A DNA stretch of 64,000 nucleotides from contig CAWJNW010000020.1 of NCBI GenBank assembly GCA_963844335.1, forward strand, positions 120,294 through 184,293, in the 5' to 3' direction. Under the pieces are notes generated by a model that did no database searches, was not told where the DNA came from, and was given only the letters and a program-made list of their open reading frames with translations. This document shows positions 1 through 12,418 of the stretch, piece by piece. The position numbers were made by a program, and so were the translations under genes. This DNA is from an uncultured Planctomycetaceae bacterium. GTDB lineage: Bacteria; Planctomycetota; Planctomycetia; Planctomycetales; Planctomycetaceae. Position 1 is the first letter of the stretch. Each line of letters opens with the position of its first letter.

Positions 1-1
1 T

Positions 2-1617
2 CTGCTCTCTCTCGACGGTGTTGATCTGCGCGGGGAGACGGTCGTCGAGCGCAAACGGCAGCTCAAGACATTGCTCGCGAAGAGTCAGAGCCGTATTCAG
101 TTCGCCGAACATGTCGTTGGCAACGGTCCGGCGTTCTTCAAGGCCGGTTGTCAGGCAGGGCTCGAAGGGATCATCTGCAAACGGGCCGACGCGACCTATC
201 AAAGCGGCCGCACGAAGTCGTGGCTCAAGGTGAAGTGCATCTTGTCCGACGAGTTCCTCGTCGGCGGATTCACGCTCGGTGCCGGCTCACGCACCGGATT
301 CGGTGCGCTGCTACTGGGCGAACGCAACGACGACGGCGACCTCATCTACACAGGGCGCGTCGGCACGGGCTTCGACGAGCGGACGCTCATCGACCTGCGA
401 CGCCGGCTCGATCCGCTGCAGCGGAGCACGCCGCCGTTCGCGAAGAAGCCGCCGGTGCCGGGAAGGACGTTCGCTGGACGGAACCTGTTCTGCTGGTCGA
501 AGTCGAGTACGCCGAACGCACCGCCGACGGACTGCTGCGTCAGGCGAGATATCGAGGGCTCCGAGACGATAAGTCTCCGACTGAGGAAGGCCGCACCGTG
601 AAAGCGTCACGCAAGAAGGCGAGCGGTTCCGCCGCCAGGAAATCGAAGACGGTTTCGAAGACGTCGGCGAAGCGACCGAAGCCTAAAGCCGCGATCTCCG
701 CCGAACATCTCGCGTCGCTCGAAGGGGTCCGGATGACGAACCCCGATCGAATTCTCTATCCCGACATGGGGGTCACGAAGCTCGATCTTGCGGCGTACCA
801 CACCGCGGTCGCCGACTGGATTCTGCCGGAAGTCATCGATCGCCCGCTCGCACTCGTGCGTTGTCCGGAAGGAACCAGCGGCGAGTGCTTCTTCCAGAAG
901 CACTCCGATCGCGCGACGCCCGAAGCGATCGAACGCGTACAGCTTGAAGGAGACGAGAAGCCGCAACTCATGATCCGCGATCTTGCGGGATTGTTGTCAG
1001 TCGTGCAGATGGGCGTGCTCGAGATCCATCCTTGGGGCAGCCGCGTCGATCGCCCGGATCGGCCCGACCGTATGATCTTTGATCTCGATCCCGGCGAAGG
1101 AGTCGGCTGGGGTGAGGTCGTTTCGGCGGCGCTCCTCGTGCGATCGCGACTCGACGCCGCGGGACTCGAAAGCTTCGTGAAGACGACCGGTGGAAAAGGA
1201 TTGCACGTCGTCGTCCCGCTCGCTCGTCGCGACGAATGGGACGACGTGAAGGGCTTTGCGCGTCGCTTCGCAGAGCGGATGGCAAGCGATCACCCAAAGC
1301 AATTCATCGCGAAGTCAGCGAAAGCAGCACGTCGCGGTAAAATCTATGTGGACTATCTGCGGAATGGTCGCGGAGCGACCGCGGTCGCTGCGTACTCGCC
1401 GCGTGCTCGTGCCGGCGCAACCATCGCCACGCCGATCGCCTGGGACGAACTCACGCCAAAACTCGATCCGCAAGACTTCACGATCCAAACCATCCCCGAG
1501 CGACTGACTTCTCTCGAAACCGACCCCTGGTCCGCCATGAGCGAGCTTCGCCAGTCCCTCACGGCCAAGGTGAAGAAGACCGTGGGGCATGTGACGTGCG
1601 ACATCAACTCGTATTGA
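2..1617 (+). CDS. ligD: DNA ligase D (LigD): C-terminal part of the ligase/OB domain plus the polymerase/primase domain. The 5' end lies outside the window. One frameshift as sequenced, near 462.
   Basis: The frame of ORF 71..601 is open from base 2 (LLSLDGVDLRGETVVERKRQLKTLL, EGIICKRADATYQSGRTKSWLKVK). Homology continues in ORF 148..1617 from about 463 (KDVRWTEPVLLVEVEYAERTADGLLRQARYRGLRDDK). A Lys/Ser-rich linker follows, then Pol-domain motifs (TTGGKGLHVVVPL, YVDYLRNGRGATAVAAYSPRAR). The join needs 1 nt in the ccggg/aagg run at 458-466. Confidence 0.85.
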
Positions 1618-1676
1618 GCCCGCCGCGCAAGCAAGGGAACTCGCGGGGCCGCGTCCCTTGCTTGCGCTGCGGGCTC
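1616..1676. repeat. Palindromic intergenic element, family A, diverged copy. It sits between the convergent ligD and peroxidase genes and is terminator-like.
   Basis: GAGCCCGCCGCGCAAGCAAGGGA (1616-1638), a 15-nt spacer, then TCCCTTGCTTGCGCTGCGGGCTC (1654-1676). The arms are complementary with 1 mismatch. The left arm overlaps the ligD stop codon. Confidence 0.7.
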
Positions 1677-1687
1677 AGAGGGAACCC

Positions 1688-3174
1688 TCACAACGTCTTG
1701 AGAAACGCGACGAGGTCGCCTTTCTCCTGCTTGTTGAGCTTCAGCCCTTGGATCAGGTTGAAGAACTCCACGGTATCGTCGAGTGTCAGCAGTCGTCCGT
1801 CGTGCAGGTAGGGCGGGCTGTCCTTGATGCCGCGGAGGGTCATCGTCTTCATCGATCCCGCGGGATGATCAAAGTGGTCGCTGACGAGCTTCGGCTCGAA
1901 GAACCGCTCGACGTGCAGATCGTGCATCTGGTTGTCGAGGTAGTTCGGCGCGGGATGACATTCCGCACACTTCGCTTTGCCGAAGAAGAGTTCCTGGCCG
2001 CGGAGCTCCGATTCCGACGCCTTCTCGGGATCGAGCTTTCCGAAGAGATCGAGCTTGGGGGCTGGCGGGAAGTCGAGCATGTTCTGGAACTGAGCCATCG
2101 GCGCGACCTGGGTGGCGCGGTCGAGGAAGTTGATGCCCTTCTTGGAAGCCGTGACCTGATCGCCATCGAAATAGGCCGAGCGCTGCTCGAACTCGGTGAA
2201 GTCCTCGATCGACCGCAGCGATCGCTTCGAACCGTGGATCTGCTGATTGAACATCCCGCGGAGGCTCGGCGTGTCGATGCGGAAGCGAAGTTCCTGCGGT
2301 CGTGTATCGGGATTGAGATGGAAGCTCGCGTTCGTATGCCCATTCGTGTGACAGTCGAAGCACGAGACGCCCAGGCTGGCCTCGTCAACCTTTCGGTCTC
2401 CCGTGGCATTGAACTGCTGCTGCGGAAATGGTGTCACGAGCAGCCGCAATCCTTCCAACTGAAACGGCGTGAGCTTGCCTTCGAAGAGCGCGTGGAAGTT
2501 CCTGATCGTGACGACCTGGCCTTGTGACACGTCTCCCGCGTCGGGCCGGTTCGTCAGAAAGATCGGCGGCGGAAACTCGGGCAACAAGTGCTCGGGCAAA
2601 TCGAACTCGACGTCGAACCGCTCGAGATTGCGATGCTCCGCCTCCATGATCGCTTTGATGTGCTCTTTGCGAATGACCATGCCGCCGGTCTTGTGCTTGA
2701 CGTGAGGCAGCGGTCGGAAGCCTTGCGGCCAGGCATCCTGCTCTTTGATCTCCGCAGGCGTCATTCCAGCGAGCTTTTCCCATGTGACGCCTTCCGAGAG
2801 TTTCACCCGCACGCCTTGTTGCACCTGTTTGCGTCCCGCCGACATCTTGAGGTCGGAGGCGTCGTCGCGGAGGTCATAGCGACTTTCGATGAGTTCTTTC
2901 TGCCGCGCGAGGACATCATCGCGTTCAGCGATGTCCTTCGTGCGAGCGGTTTCGAAGTCGGGAACGACGACCGGCAGATAGCTCTGCTTGGCGTTGATCT
3001 CTTTTGGCAGCGGAACCGGCTTGGAGTCGGTCCGCTCGCCGAGTTCTGACTGCCTGCGGCACCCGCTCGATTCTGCCGCTGCTGGCCGTACGAAAGTTGC
3101 GGCAGGAGGCTGCCCGTCGTGACGAGTCCAGCGAAGAGAGCAACAACGAACTTTGAGCTGCGGCGCGCCGGCAT
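1688..3174 (-). CDS. Di-haem cytochrome c peroxidase family protein (CCP/MauG-like), secreted. One frameshift as sequenced, at about 3045-3075.
   Basis: Two CxxCH motifs (CFDCH, CAECH) and a C-terminal PPYLHDGRLLTLDDTVEFF in ORF 1688..2845. That frame stays open upstream of 2845 to about 3050 (SELGERTDSKPVPLPKEINAK...). The signal peptide MPARRSSKFVVALFAGLVTTGSLLPQLSYG lies in the frame of ORF 2803..3327, with its ATG at 3174. Confidence 0.8.
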
Positions 3175-3254
3175 CGGGTTCTCCTTCGAGCGGTCGAACC
3201 CGTGCAACCTATCTGCCGCGCCGGCGATAGACACCCCGGAGAATCCTGACTTAT

Positions 3255-3321
3255 GGTTCGCCCGACGCGTCAGCGAGGGAGAGTCGCAATTCCGCATCCC
3301 TTGCTGACGCGTCGGGCTACC
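3255..3321. repeat. Palindromic intergenic element, family A.
   Basis: GGTTCGCCCGACGCGTCAGCGAGGGA, a 16-nt spacer, then TCCCTTGCTGACGCGTCGGGCTACC. It lies 19 nt 3' of the Rieske gene stop on the minus strand. Confidence 0.75.
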
Positions 3322-3339
3322 GTGCATACCGCCACTGTC

Positions 3340-3657
3340 TCAATCCGGCACGCGGACCTGGATCGCGTCTCCCTCGACGCGGACCTCATACATCTCGACC
3401 TTCAGCTTGCTCTTTCGGTTATCGAGCCAGCTACCGTCTTTGACGCTGAACCGCCAGGCGTGCCAGGGGCAGGTCACGCAATCCCCTTCGACGAAACCTT
3501 CTGAAAGAGGTGCCCCCTGGTGCGGGCAGTTGTCGTCCATCGCGGTGTATTCGCCGCCGACGTGAAACACGGCGACCATCACGCCGTTGCATTCGTACCC
3601 ACGAACTTCACCTTCGGGAATGTCACCGACCTTGGCGACGGTCTTGAAATCGGGCAT
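3340..3657 (-). CDS. Rieske [2Fe-2S] domain protein (NirD-like small ferredoxin subunit).
   Basis: CPHQGAPL ... CPWHAWRF Rieske cluster ligand boxes. I take the start at MPDFKTVAKVGDIPEG (ATG 3657), because the longer ORF extension runs into repeat B. Confidence 0.8.
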   Translation of the reverse strand: MPDFKTVAKVGDIPEGEVRGYECNGVMVAVFHVGGEYTAMDDNCPHQGAPLSEGFVEGDCVTCPWHAWRFSVKDGSWLDNRKSKLKVEMYEVRVEGDAIQVRVPD

Positions 3658-3681
3658 TGGGGGCGTGGCTTGGAGGTGTTT

Positions 3682-3766
3682 GTAGGGTGGGCCTCGGCCC
3701 ACCGCCGCCGTCGTTCCGTGTTCAACTCGCTGAAGACATTCGCTGGTGGGCCAAGGCCCACCCTAC
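3682..3766. repeat. Nested-palindrome intergenic element, family B.
   Basis: GTAGGGTGGGCCTCGGCCCACCGCC ... GGTGGGCCAAGGCCCACCCTAC. The arms are mutually complementary, and each arm also holds its own 8-bp palindrome (GGTGGGCC nn GGCCCACC). Confidence 0.75.
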
Positions 3767-3897
3767 GTTTCTGGTGTCTCGTGGGCGTGGGATTGTAGTC
3801 GTCGGGATGATCGCTGTCCCGTTGGACCTTGCGACTCGCGCAGCGGTGCGGCATCGTGGCTTACGACCAGACACCAGACACGAGACACCTTCTCCTC

Positions 3898-4702
3898 ATG
3901 AAATCCAACTCCGTCAAAGCTGCACTGAAGGCCGGGAAGCCGCAGGTGGGCACGTGGCTCAGCTTCAGCAGCCTCGAAACCGCTCGGCTGATGGCCCGCA
4001 TCGGTTTTCCGTGGCTCACAGTCGATCTGGAACACAGTCCGATTGATATCTCGGCGGCGGCAGCGGCGTTTGCGGTGATCTCCGACGCCGGCTGCGTGGC
4101 TTTGGCTCGCGTCCCCGCAAACACGCACGGTGACATCAAGCGCGTGCTCGATAGCGGAGCGATGGGCGTCGTCGTGCCGATGGTCGATACCGTCGAGCAG
4201 GCCAAGGCGGCGATTGACGCGGCGAAGTATCCGCCGGCCGGAAACCGCAGCGTCGGCGGTTCGCTGCACGCGATGAGCTTTGGTGCAGAAGCAGGCGAGT
4301 ACTACCGCCGAGCGAACGACGAGATCCTCGTCGTCCTGCAGACCGAATCGCCGACAGGCGTCGAAGAACGCCGAAGCGATCTACAGCCTGCCCGGTTGCG
4401 ACGCGATCTTCATCGGCCCCAACGATCTGCGGGCCCAGATGCGAAGCGCTGATGGCAAAGATCCGTCACCAGAAGCGCATGAAGCGATGGTGCAAGAGGT
4501 TCTGCGCGTCGGCAAAAAAGTCGGCACGCCGGTTGGTATTCACGTGCAGAATGTCAAAGAGGTCGAACAACGTATCGAGCAGGGCTTCCAATTCATCGCC
4601 GTCGGCAGCGAACTGCGATTCATGGTCAGCCGGGCTCAAGAGATCGTGAAATCGCTCGGGATTGCTGAGATGAGTAAGCCGCAGGATCTGGCACGGTATT
4701 GA
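3898..4702 (+). CDS. HpcH/HpaI-family aldolase (2,4-dihydroxyhept-2-enedioate aldolase-like). One frameshift as sequenced, near 4364.
   Basis: [50 protein letters not shown] and [29 protein letters not shown] in ORF 3829..4452. The protein continues as [21 protein letters not shown] ... [28 protein letters not shown] in ORF 4280..4702. Confidence 0.8.
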
Positions 4703-4789
4703 TTGAGGAATACCGAACGCACGCTTGCGATTTCGCCGCACGGAATGCGTCGCGAAATCGCAAGCGAGCCGTGGAATGACGAAATATCC

Positions 4790-6103
4790 ATGCTTTCCGT
4801 CATCGAAGCCATCGACGCCGTTCTCGCTCATACGACTCTAATCGGCGTCGAGCAGGTTCCGTTAGCGAATGCGCTCTTTCGCGTGATCGCGTCGGACGTA
4901 ATCAGTGCATGCGATTCGCCGCCGTTCGACAAGTCGCTGATGGATGGCTACGCCGTCCGGGCGGAAGACACGGCAGATGGATCGGAAACGCTCAAGGTCA
5001 TCGAGAGCGTGATGGCGGGGCAGGTGCCGGCGAAAGCCTGTCGGTCCGGGTCAGGCGGCTCGAATCATGACGGGGGCGCCGATGCCCGCGGGAGCTGACG
5101 CTGTCGTGCCCGTCGAGCGAACGATGGCGGCTCCTCAGTACGACGACGTGCATGTGAGCATGGCCGTGTCAGCGGGAGCGAACGTTCTGCATCGCGGCGA
5201 GAGCATGCAGACCGGCGACCGGATCTTTCCGACTGGCCACAAGCTGCGGCCGCAGGATCTCGGCGTGCTCGCGGAAATGGGTGTCGCAATCCTCAACGCA
5301 AGACGGCGTCCCCGCGTCGCAATTCTCGCCACAGGCGACGAACTCGTGCCGCCCGCCTCGACACCCGGTCCGGGACAGATTCGGAACTCGAACGAAACAC
5401 TGCTCGCGGCGCTCGTGATCGCAGCCGGTTGCGAAGCCGTGCCACTAGGCATTGCTCGTGACGACCGAGATCCACCTGCGGTCGAAGATCGACGAGGGTC
5501 TCGCGTGCGACGTGTTGCTGCTGTCGGGTGGTGTTTCGGCCGGTGTTCTCGATCTGGTTCCGTCGGTGCTCAAAGACGCCGGCGTCGAACAGGTGTTCCA
5601 CAAGGTGAACGTGAAGCCGGGCAAGCCGGTCTGGTTTGGAGGTCGGAAGTCAGAGGTCCAGCGAGCGGGGCGGCGTCAGCCCCCCGAGAAGTTCGGAGGA
5701 CGGAGGTGGAAACGGAGGACAGAGCGCAAATCCCCAGGATCACGCGAAGTGCCTCGTGTTCGGTTTACCGGGCAATCCGGTGAGCACGCTCGTTTGCTTC
5801 GAGCTTTTCGCGAAGACGGCCTTGCGGAAGTTGATGGGGCTCTCGCCCGCGGAACCGCGGCCGGTCTCGGCTGCTCTGACGTCACCGATCGAGAATCGCG
5901 GGGATCGGCCGACGTATCATCCGGCATTCATCACGTTCGGAAGCAACGGCCGGCTGGCCGTGACCCCTGTCCGTTGGGCCGGCAGCGGCGATCTGCGTGC
6001 GACGGCAGAAGCGAACGGGGTGGCGGTGCTGGAGCCGAACGGGTCCTATAAGCAGGGCGATGTCATCGGGACGTTGGCGTGGTCGGGAAGTGATATTGCG
6101 TGA
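4790..6103 (+). CDS. moeA: Molybdopterin molybdenumtransferase MoeA. At least 3 frameshifts as sequenced (about 5038, about 5466, and within 5640-5745).
   Basis: Pieces lie in four ORF-track frames: [17 protein letters not shown] (4703..5098); [26 protein letters not shown] ... GQIRNSNE (5067..); [12 protein letters not shown] ... [12 protein letters not shown] (5452..); [20 protein letters not shown] ... [18 protein letters not shown] (5636..6103). Confidence 0.85.
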
Positions 6104-6280
6104 GCAGTCGTCGTCGGGCTGAGGGCTACCCTGCCCCCGTCTCATTGCCAATCGACTTCCGCACCGCGCACCCTTACGCTTCCCAGGAACGGCCTTTGCT
6201 GCCGGGACCCGCTTTCGCTAGAACACCCGTTCTGCGTACTTGCTATTCCGCCCGCTGCTGGGCTCGGAAGGAACCGACCC

Positions 6281-8117
6281 ATGACCACTACTGCGATGCC
6301 TGAACCCGCTGTCGCGAGTCTCGAACGTCGTCCGCCGAAAGGCGAAACGGCCGTGCAGGCGATCATCGCAGCCGCACGCAAGCCTCAGCCCGCGCCCGCG
6401 AAGGGAGCGTGGCTGTGCGGAGCAGCGAGCGCACTGTTGTGGTACCTGTGCTTCTTCCCCGCGAACTGGGGACCGCTGGCGTTTCTGGCACCCATTCCGT
6501 TGCTGATGCTCGTGCGCATCGAGCACCGTACGCGGCACATGTACGTCGCGATCTACGTCACGTGGCTGATCGCGACACTGACCGCGATCTCCTGGATGGC
6601 TGCCAACGTGCCGATGATCGGCGCGTGGCTGGCGCTTTCACTTTACATGGCGGTTTATCCGCTGGTCTTCGTGCTTGCAAGCCGCATTGCGGTGCACCGG
6701 CTGCGAGTGCCCTTCGTCGTCGCCGTACCGGTGCTGTGGACAGGGCTGGAGTTTTTGCGTGCCCACCTGATGACGGGCTTTCCGTGGTACTTCATGGGAC
6801 ACACGCAGTGGCAATGGACGACGCTGATTCAGATCTGTGATCTCGTGGGCGTGTACGGAGTGAGTTTCATCATCATGGCCTGTGCCGCTGCGGTCGCACT
6901 TTGGGTGCCGCCAAACACTTACAGCCGATTGCGACTCCTCGCGAATGAAGACGGCGGTTTCGCTGCCGTGCCGGTGGCGTCCACCCGAACAAGCGTCGTC
7001 TCTCTCGCCGGAGCAATCGCGGTGCTGATCGCGGCGGTTGGATATGGAACGTTCCGCATGGCAGGCGACCATTTCTCACCGGGACCGCGGGTGGCACTCG
7101 TGCAGACGAACTTCCCCTCGATCCTGGGGAAAGGCGTGCGTGAGGACATCGTCTGGAAGCGGCATCACCAGATGACATCGCTCGCTGTCCGCCATCAGCC
7201 CGACTTCGTGATCTGGCCGGAAAGTGCGTACCGCTGGAAGTACCTCGACGTCGAACAGGGCGTGGCCGACGACACGCTGAACGGCATCTCGAAACGCATC
7301 ACTCACGGCGAGCTCGATGCACAGGGCTGGAAGGACGCCGGCTTCGGCGTGCGTGAAATGATCGGCGATCTCGCCACGCAGGCGAACGCCGGCTTCATCA
7401 CCGGTCTCTCGGCATATTCCGTCGAGAAGGAGCACGGCCTGCGCCGCTATAACAGTGCAGTGTTCGCGACACCCGAGATGGGCGTGCAGGGCCGATACGA
7501 TAAACGGCATCGCGTGGTCTTCGGCGAGTACGTGCCGCTCCGGCAGGAACTTCCCTTCCTGCAGGCGTTCAGTCCTTACACCGACGACTCGAGCATCGAC
7601 GCGGGTGTGGGGCCGAAGATCTTCCACCACGCGGGTTACAGCATCTCGCCGCTCATCTGTTACGAAGACACCGTTTCGCAGCTTGTGCGAGGCGTCGTGG
7701 CCGGCGCTCGCCTGGAAGGCGGGCAGAAGCTCGATGTGCTGGTGAACGTCTCGAACGACGGCTGGTTTTACGAATCGTCGGAGCAGCCGCAGCATCTGGC
7801 GACGAGCCTGTTCCGGGCGGTCGAAACGCGGACGCCGCTGGTTCGTTCCGCCAACACGGGCATTTCCGCAGTGATCGACGGCAACGGTCGCCTAGTGGAA
7901 CCGGTCGCTTATCTCGACGGCGACACAGGCAGCGAAACTTCGATGACCGACCGCGGCGGACGCCTTTAGGAAAGACAACAGCGCTGTGCTCGTCGCTGAT
8001 GTCCCGCTCGACGATCGTGCGAGCCTTTACGTGCGGGCAGGGGATTGGTTTGCTGGACTGTGTGCCGCCAGCGCGATCTTCTGCCTGTGCTGGGGGTTCC
8101 TGCCTCAGCGGAAGTGA
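6281..8117 (+). CDS. lnt: Apolipoprotein N-acyltransferase Lnt. One frameshift as sequenced, near 7955.
   Basis: An N-terminal polytopic membrane part is followed by a CN-hydrolase domain (VALVQTNFPS, WPESAY, YDKRHRVVFGEYVPL, SPLICYEDT, LVNVSNDGWF, RAVETRTPLVRSANTGISAVID). After the stop at 7967-7969, the typical C-terminus KDNSAVLVADVPLDDRASLYVRAGDWFAGLCAASAIFCLCWGF continues in another frame to the TGA at 8115-8117. Confidence 0.85.
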
Positions 8118-8125
8118 GTCCAGCC

Positions 8126-8599
8126 ATGAGCGATGCCGCCCTGCGAGAGCACCTGTGCTGGTTGATTCGCGAAGGGCACGCGCATGTGTCGTTCGAGGAC
8201 GCCTTCACCGACATTCCCTGGGAGAAGCGTGGCGAACGTCCGGAGGGCCTTCCCTGGTCGCTTTGGGAATTGCTCGAGCACATTCGCATCGCCCAGTGGG
8301 ACATCATCGCGTTCAGTCGTGACGCGAAACATGTGTCGCCACCGCATCCGGAAGGCTACTGGCCGAGTTCGTTCGAGCCGCCATCTGTCAGGGCTTGGGA
8401 CGGCTCGATTCGTTGCCTCCTCAACGATCGGGAGGAATTCGAGAAGATGCTTCTCGATCCCCGGAACGACCTCTTCGAGCCGTTCCCGTGGGGCGACGGT
8501 CAGAACCTGCTGCGGGAAGCGACGCTCATCGCCGATCACAACGCTTATCACGTGGGGCAAGCGATCGCAGTTCGACGCCTGCTCGATTGTTGGGATTGA
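8126..8599 (+). CDS. DinB-family (DinB_2-like) protein.
   Basis: MSDAALREHLCWLIREGHAHVSF ... WELLEHIRIAQWDII ... IADHNAYHVGQAIAVRRLL, a four-helix-bundle His pattern typical of the DinB superfamily. I take the start at ATG 8126, just after the lnt stop. Confidence 0.7.
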   Translation: MSDAALREHLCWLIREGHAHVSFEDAFTDIPWEKRGERPEGLPWSLWELLEHIRIAQWDIIAFSRDAKHVSPPHPEGYWPSSFEPPSVRAWDGSIRCLLNDREEFEKMLLDPRNDLFEPFPWGDGQNLLREATLIADHNAYHVGQAIAVRRLLDCWD

Positions 8600-8618
8600 T
8601 TGGTGAAGTCCTGCCGAA

Positions 8619-8685
8619 GGTAGCCCGACGCGTCAGCGAGGGAAACGTCGCCAGACCACGTCCCTTGCTGACGCGGCGGGCTACC
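8619..8685. repeat. Palindromic intergenic element, family A.
   Basis: GGTAGCCCGACGCGTCAGCGAGGGA, a 17-nt spacer, then TCCCTTGCTGACGCGGCGGGCTACC. It lies 20 nt 3' of the DinB-family stop. Confidence 0.75.
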
Positions 8686-8798
8686 AAGATCATCTCGAAC
8701 CGCCGAATTGGCGGACTTCTCGTGGTGTGTGTCTCCCCACACGAAGCGTCCCCCCGTAGAATGAGAGCCGCACGCGAAATTCAGCCAGAAGAAGAGCC

Positions 8799-9233
8799 GT
8801 GAAGTCACTGCCGGACATGTCGATCGACGATCTCTTCGACGAGTTCGAGTTTCTCGGCGAATGGGAGGACCGTTGTGAGTATCTGATCGATCTTGGGTTC
8901 GAGCTGCCTCCGATGCCCGCGGAGGAAAAGAACGAACTCACGCGCGTGCACGGGTGTCAAAGCCTCGTGTGGATGACGGTTCAGCCGACGACCAGCGACG
9001 ATGGTGAAACGCGGCTCGACATTCACGCCGACAGCGACGCGATGATCGTGAAGGGACTGATCGCCGTCCTGCTGACACTGTATAACGGCAAGACGCCGCG
9101 CGACGTGTTGGAAACCGACGTGGCCGGCGCGTTCACGAAGCTCGGCCTCGATCGGCACCTGTCATCAGCCCGGAAGAACGGACTGGCGGGGATGGTGAAG
9201 AGGATTCAGGAAGAGGCCGCGAAGCTCGTGTGA
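8799..9233 (+). CDS. sufE: Cysteine desulfuration protein SufE.
   Basis: FEFLGEWEDRCEYLIDLGFELPPMP ... VHGCQSLVWM ... SDAMIVKGLIAVL ... SSARKNGLAGMVKRI. The start is GTG 8799 or ATG 8817. Confidence 0.85.
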   Translation: MKSLPDMSIDDLFDEFEFLGEWEDRCEYLIDLGFELPPMPAEEKNELTRVHGCQSLVWMTVQPTTSDDGETRLDIHADSDAMIVKGLIAVLLTLYNGKTPRDVLETDVAGAFTKLGLDRHLSSARKNGLAGMVKRIQEEAAKLV

Positions 9234-9261
9234 CAAAGGGCGTGGCCAAGCGGCGTCATGA

Positions 9262-10556
<1,295 letters not shown>

Positions 10557-10587
10557 ACGCATCCACTAGACATCAGCAAAGACGCGT

Positions 10588-11102
10588 GTGGGCACCGTTC
10601 TGGAAACTCCCCGGCTTGTGCTTTCGGCGATGTCGCTTGACGATCTCGAGTTCATGGCAGCGATGATGAGCGATCCGTGGGTCATGCGCTTCTACCCGAA
10701 GCGGCTCAATCGTGACGAAGCCGTGGCCTCAGTACGCAAAACGCTCGATCGCTACGAACGGTATGGATACGGCCCGTGGCTTGTGCGTGAGAAGTCGGCT
10801 GGACGACCCGTCGGACGAGTCGGACTGCTCCCGCAATTCGTGAACGGTGTCGCTGAGATTGAAGTGGGCTGGATGATCCATCGGCCCTACCAGCTCTGCG
10901 GCTTCGCGTCGGAAGCCGGTCGCGCCTGTGCTTCGTATGCCTTTCGGCACTTGCCGCGAAGCGTGTGATCTCGCTCATCCGGCCGGAGAACCTTCCGTCG
11001 GCCGCGACGGCATTGAAACTCGGAATGAAGCACGCGGGTACGGCCGTTCACGTCGGCTTTCAGCATGACATCTACGAACGCGCGGGCGATCCCACCGCAT
11101 GA
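10588..11102 (+). CDS. GNAT-family N-acetyltransferase (RimJ/RimL-like). One frameshift as sequenced, near 10940.
   Basis: ETPRLVLSAMSLDDLEFMAAMMSDPWVMRFYP ... EIEVGWMIHRPYQLCGFASEAGRA, then AAKRVISLIRPENLPSAATALKLGMKHAG in a second frame ending at TGA 11100-11102. That stop overlaps the next ATG (ATGA). Confidence 0.7.
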
Positions 11103-12412
11103 ACTCACGACTCAACATGCCTGAAGCGACTGCCACGCCGTCGTCGAATGTCGTCCTCTCCCGCCGGGCGGGTTGGGCGGAAGGCCAGGCGATCAGTTTC
11201 CTGATGCAGCAAGGCGTCGAGAACCCGCGATGCCTTTCATTGGCCGCGGGACTCGTCGATGCGATGACGCTGCCCGTGGAAACGGTCCGCAAGGCCGCCG
11301 AAATTGTGCTGGCGGATCAAGCCTGGGGCCGGCATGCTTTGCAGTACGGTCACACTTCGGGTGCTGAACGCTTACGAAAAGGTCTGCTGTCCCATTTCGC
11401 TTCGCTCGAGCAATGCAGCGTCGAAGAATTGGGAGTCGATTTGCGTCAGGTCATTCTGACGAACGGTTCGCAGCAGTTCTTGTCGCTCGTGGCGCAAGTG
11501 CTGCTCGATCCGGGCGATCTGTGTCTTGTGGCCTCGCCGACGTATTTCGTTTTTCTGGGGACGATCGCTGGAGTGGGCGCGAAGAGCGTCTGCATCGACA
11601 CCGATGAAGCGGGCATGCGTCCTGATGCGCTTGAAGCGAAGCTCGAGGAGCTCGACGCAGCGGGCGAGTTGAACCGGGTGAAACTGATCTATCTCGTCAG
11701 CGACTTCGAGAATCCGAGCGGATACAGCCTCTCCGCTGATCGCCGCCGTCAGATCTTCGAAATTGTGCAGAGATGGTCGCGCGATCAGCGGATTCATATT
11801 CTCGAGGACGCCGCATACCGCGAGCTGCGCTATGATGGCGAACGATCCCCCAGCGTGTGGTCATGCGACACGACCCGAGAAACTGTGATCTACGCCGGAA
11901 CGTTCTCGAAGAGTTTCTCGCCGGGCCTGCGCGTCGGGTACGGCATTGCTCCGCCAGCGTTGGTCGCGGCGATCTGCGATCGCAAGGGCAATGAAGATTT
12001 CGGTTCCGCGCATCTCAATCAGCAGCTCGTGGCGACGGTGCTGGAAGAGGGTTGGTACGCTCCCCATACGAATGTCGTCCGCATGGGTTATTGCTCGAAG
12101 CGCGACGCACTTCTCGCAACGATTGATCGCGAATTCAACGACCTCGACGGCGTGTCGTGGGTGCGGCCACAGGGAGGACTCTACGTGTGGATGAGTCTCC
12201 CGCCGTCGGTCGATACGGGATTCGATTCGCCACTCTTCGAGCGTGCAGCGAAGATCGAGCAGGTCATGTACGTTCCGGGTGAACTCTGCTATGGCGGAGA
12301 ACCGGCTTCACGACCGCGACATCAGATGCGTCTCAGCTTCGGCGTTCTCGATCCGCACAGCCTCGCCGAAGCCGCGAAACGGCTCGCCCGGGCGGTGAAG
12401 GCCGTGATTTAG
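11099..12412 (+). CDS. PLP-dependent aminotransferase, fold type I (AspC/LysN/MocR-like).
   Basis: Intact 437-aa ORF with LVASPTYFVFLG, YLVSDFENPSGYSL, GTFSKSFSPGLRVGY (PLP lysine box) and RPQGGLYVWM. Confidence 0.8.
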   Translation: MNSRLNMPEATATPSSNVVLSRRAGWAEGQAISFLMQQGVENPRCLSLAAGLVDAMTLPVETVRKAAEIVLADQAWGRHALQYGHTSGAERLRKGLLSHFASLEQCSVEELGVDLRQVILTNGSQQFLSLVAQVLLDPGDLCLVASPTYFVFLGTIAGVGAKSVCIDTDEAGMRPDALEAKLEELDAAGELNRVKLIYLVSDFENPSGYSLSADRRRQIFEIVQRWSRDQRIHILEDAAYRELRYDGERSPSVWSCDTTRETVIYAGTFSKSFSPGLRVGYGIAPPALVAAICDRKGNEDFGSAHLNQQLVATVLEEGWYAPHTNVVRMGYCSKRDALLATIDREFNDLDGVSWVRPQGGLYVWMSLPPSVDTGFDSPLFERAAKIEQVMYVPGELCYGGEPASRPRHQMRLSFGVLDPHSLAEAAKRLARAVKAVI

Positions 12413-12418
12413 GACATC

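Noticed and set aside
1658-2527. 289-aa ORF antisense to the peroxidase gene. Similar long antisense ORFs lie at 7076-7795, 12538-13041, 20384-21154, 23775-24575 and 26509-27405.
   Set aside because: Each lies entirely opposite a gene with strong family motifs. Their translations are Arg/Ala/Gly-rich with no recognisable motifs. These are typical shadow ORFs of GC-rich DNA.
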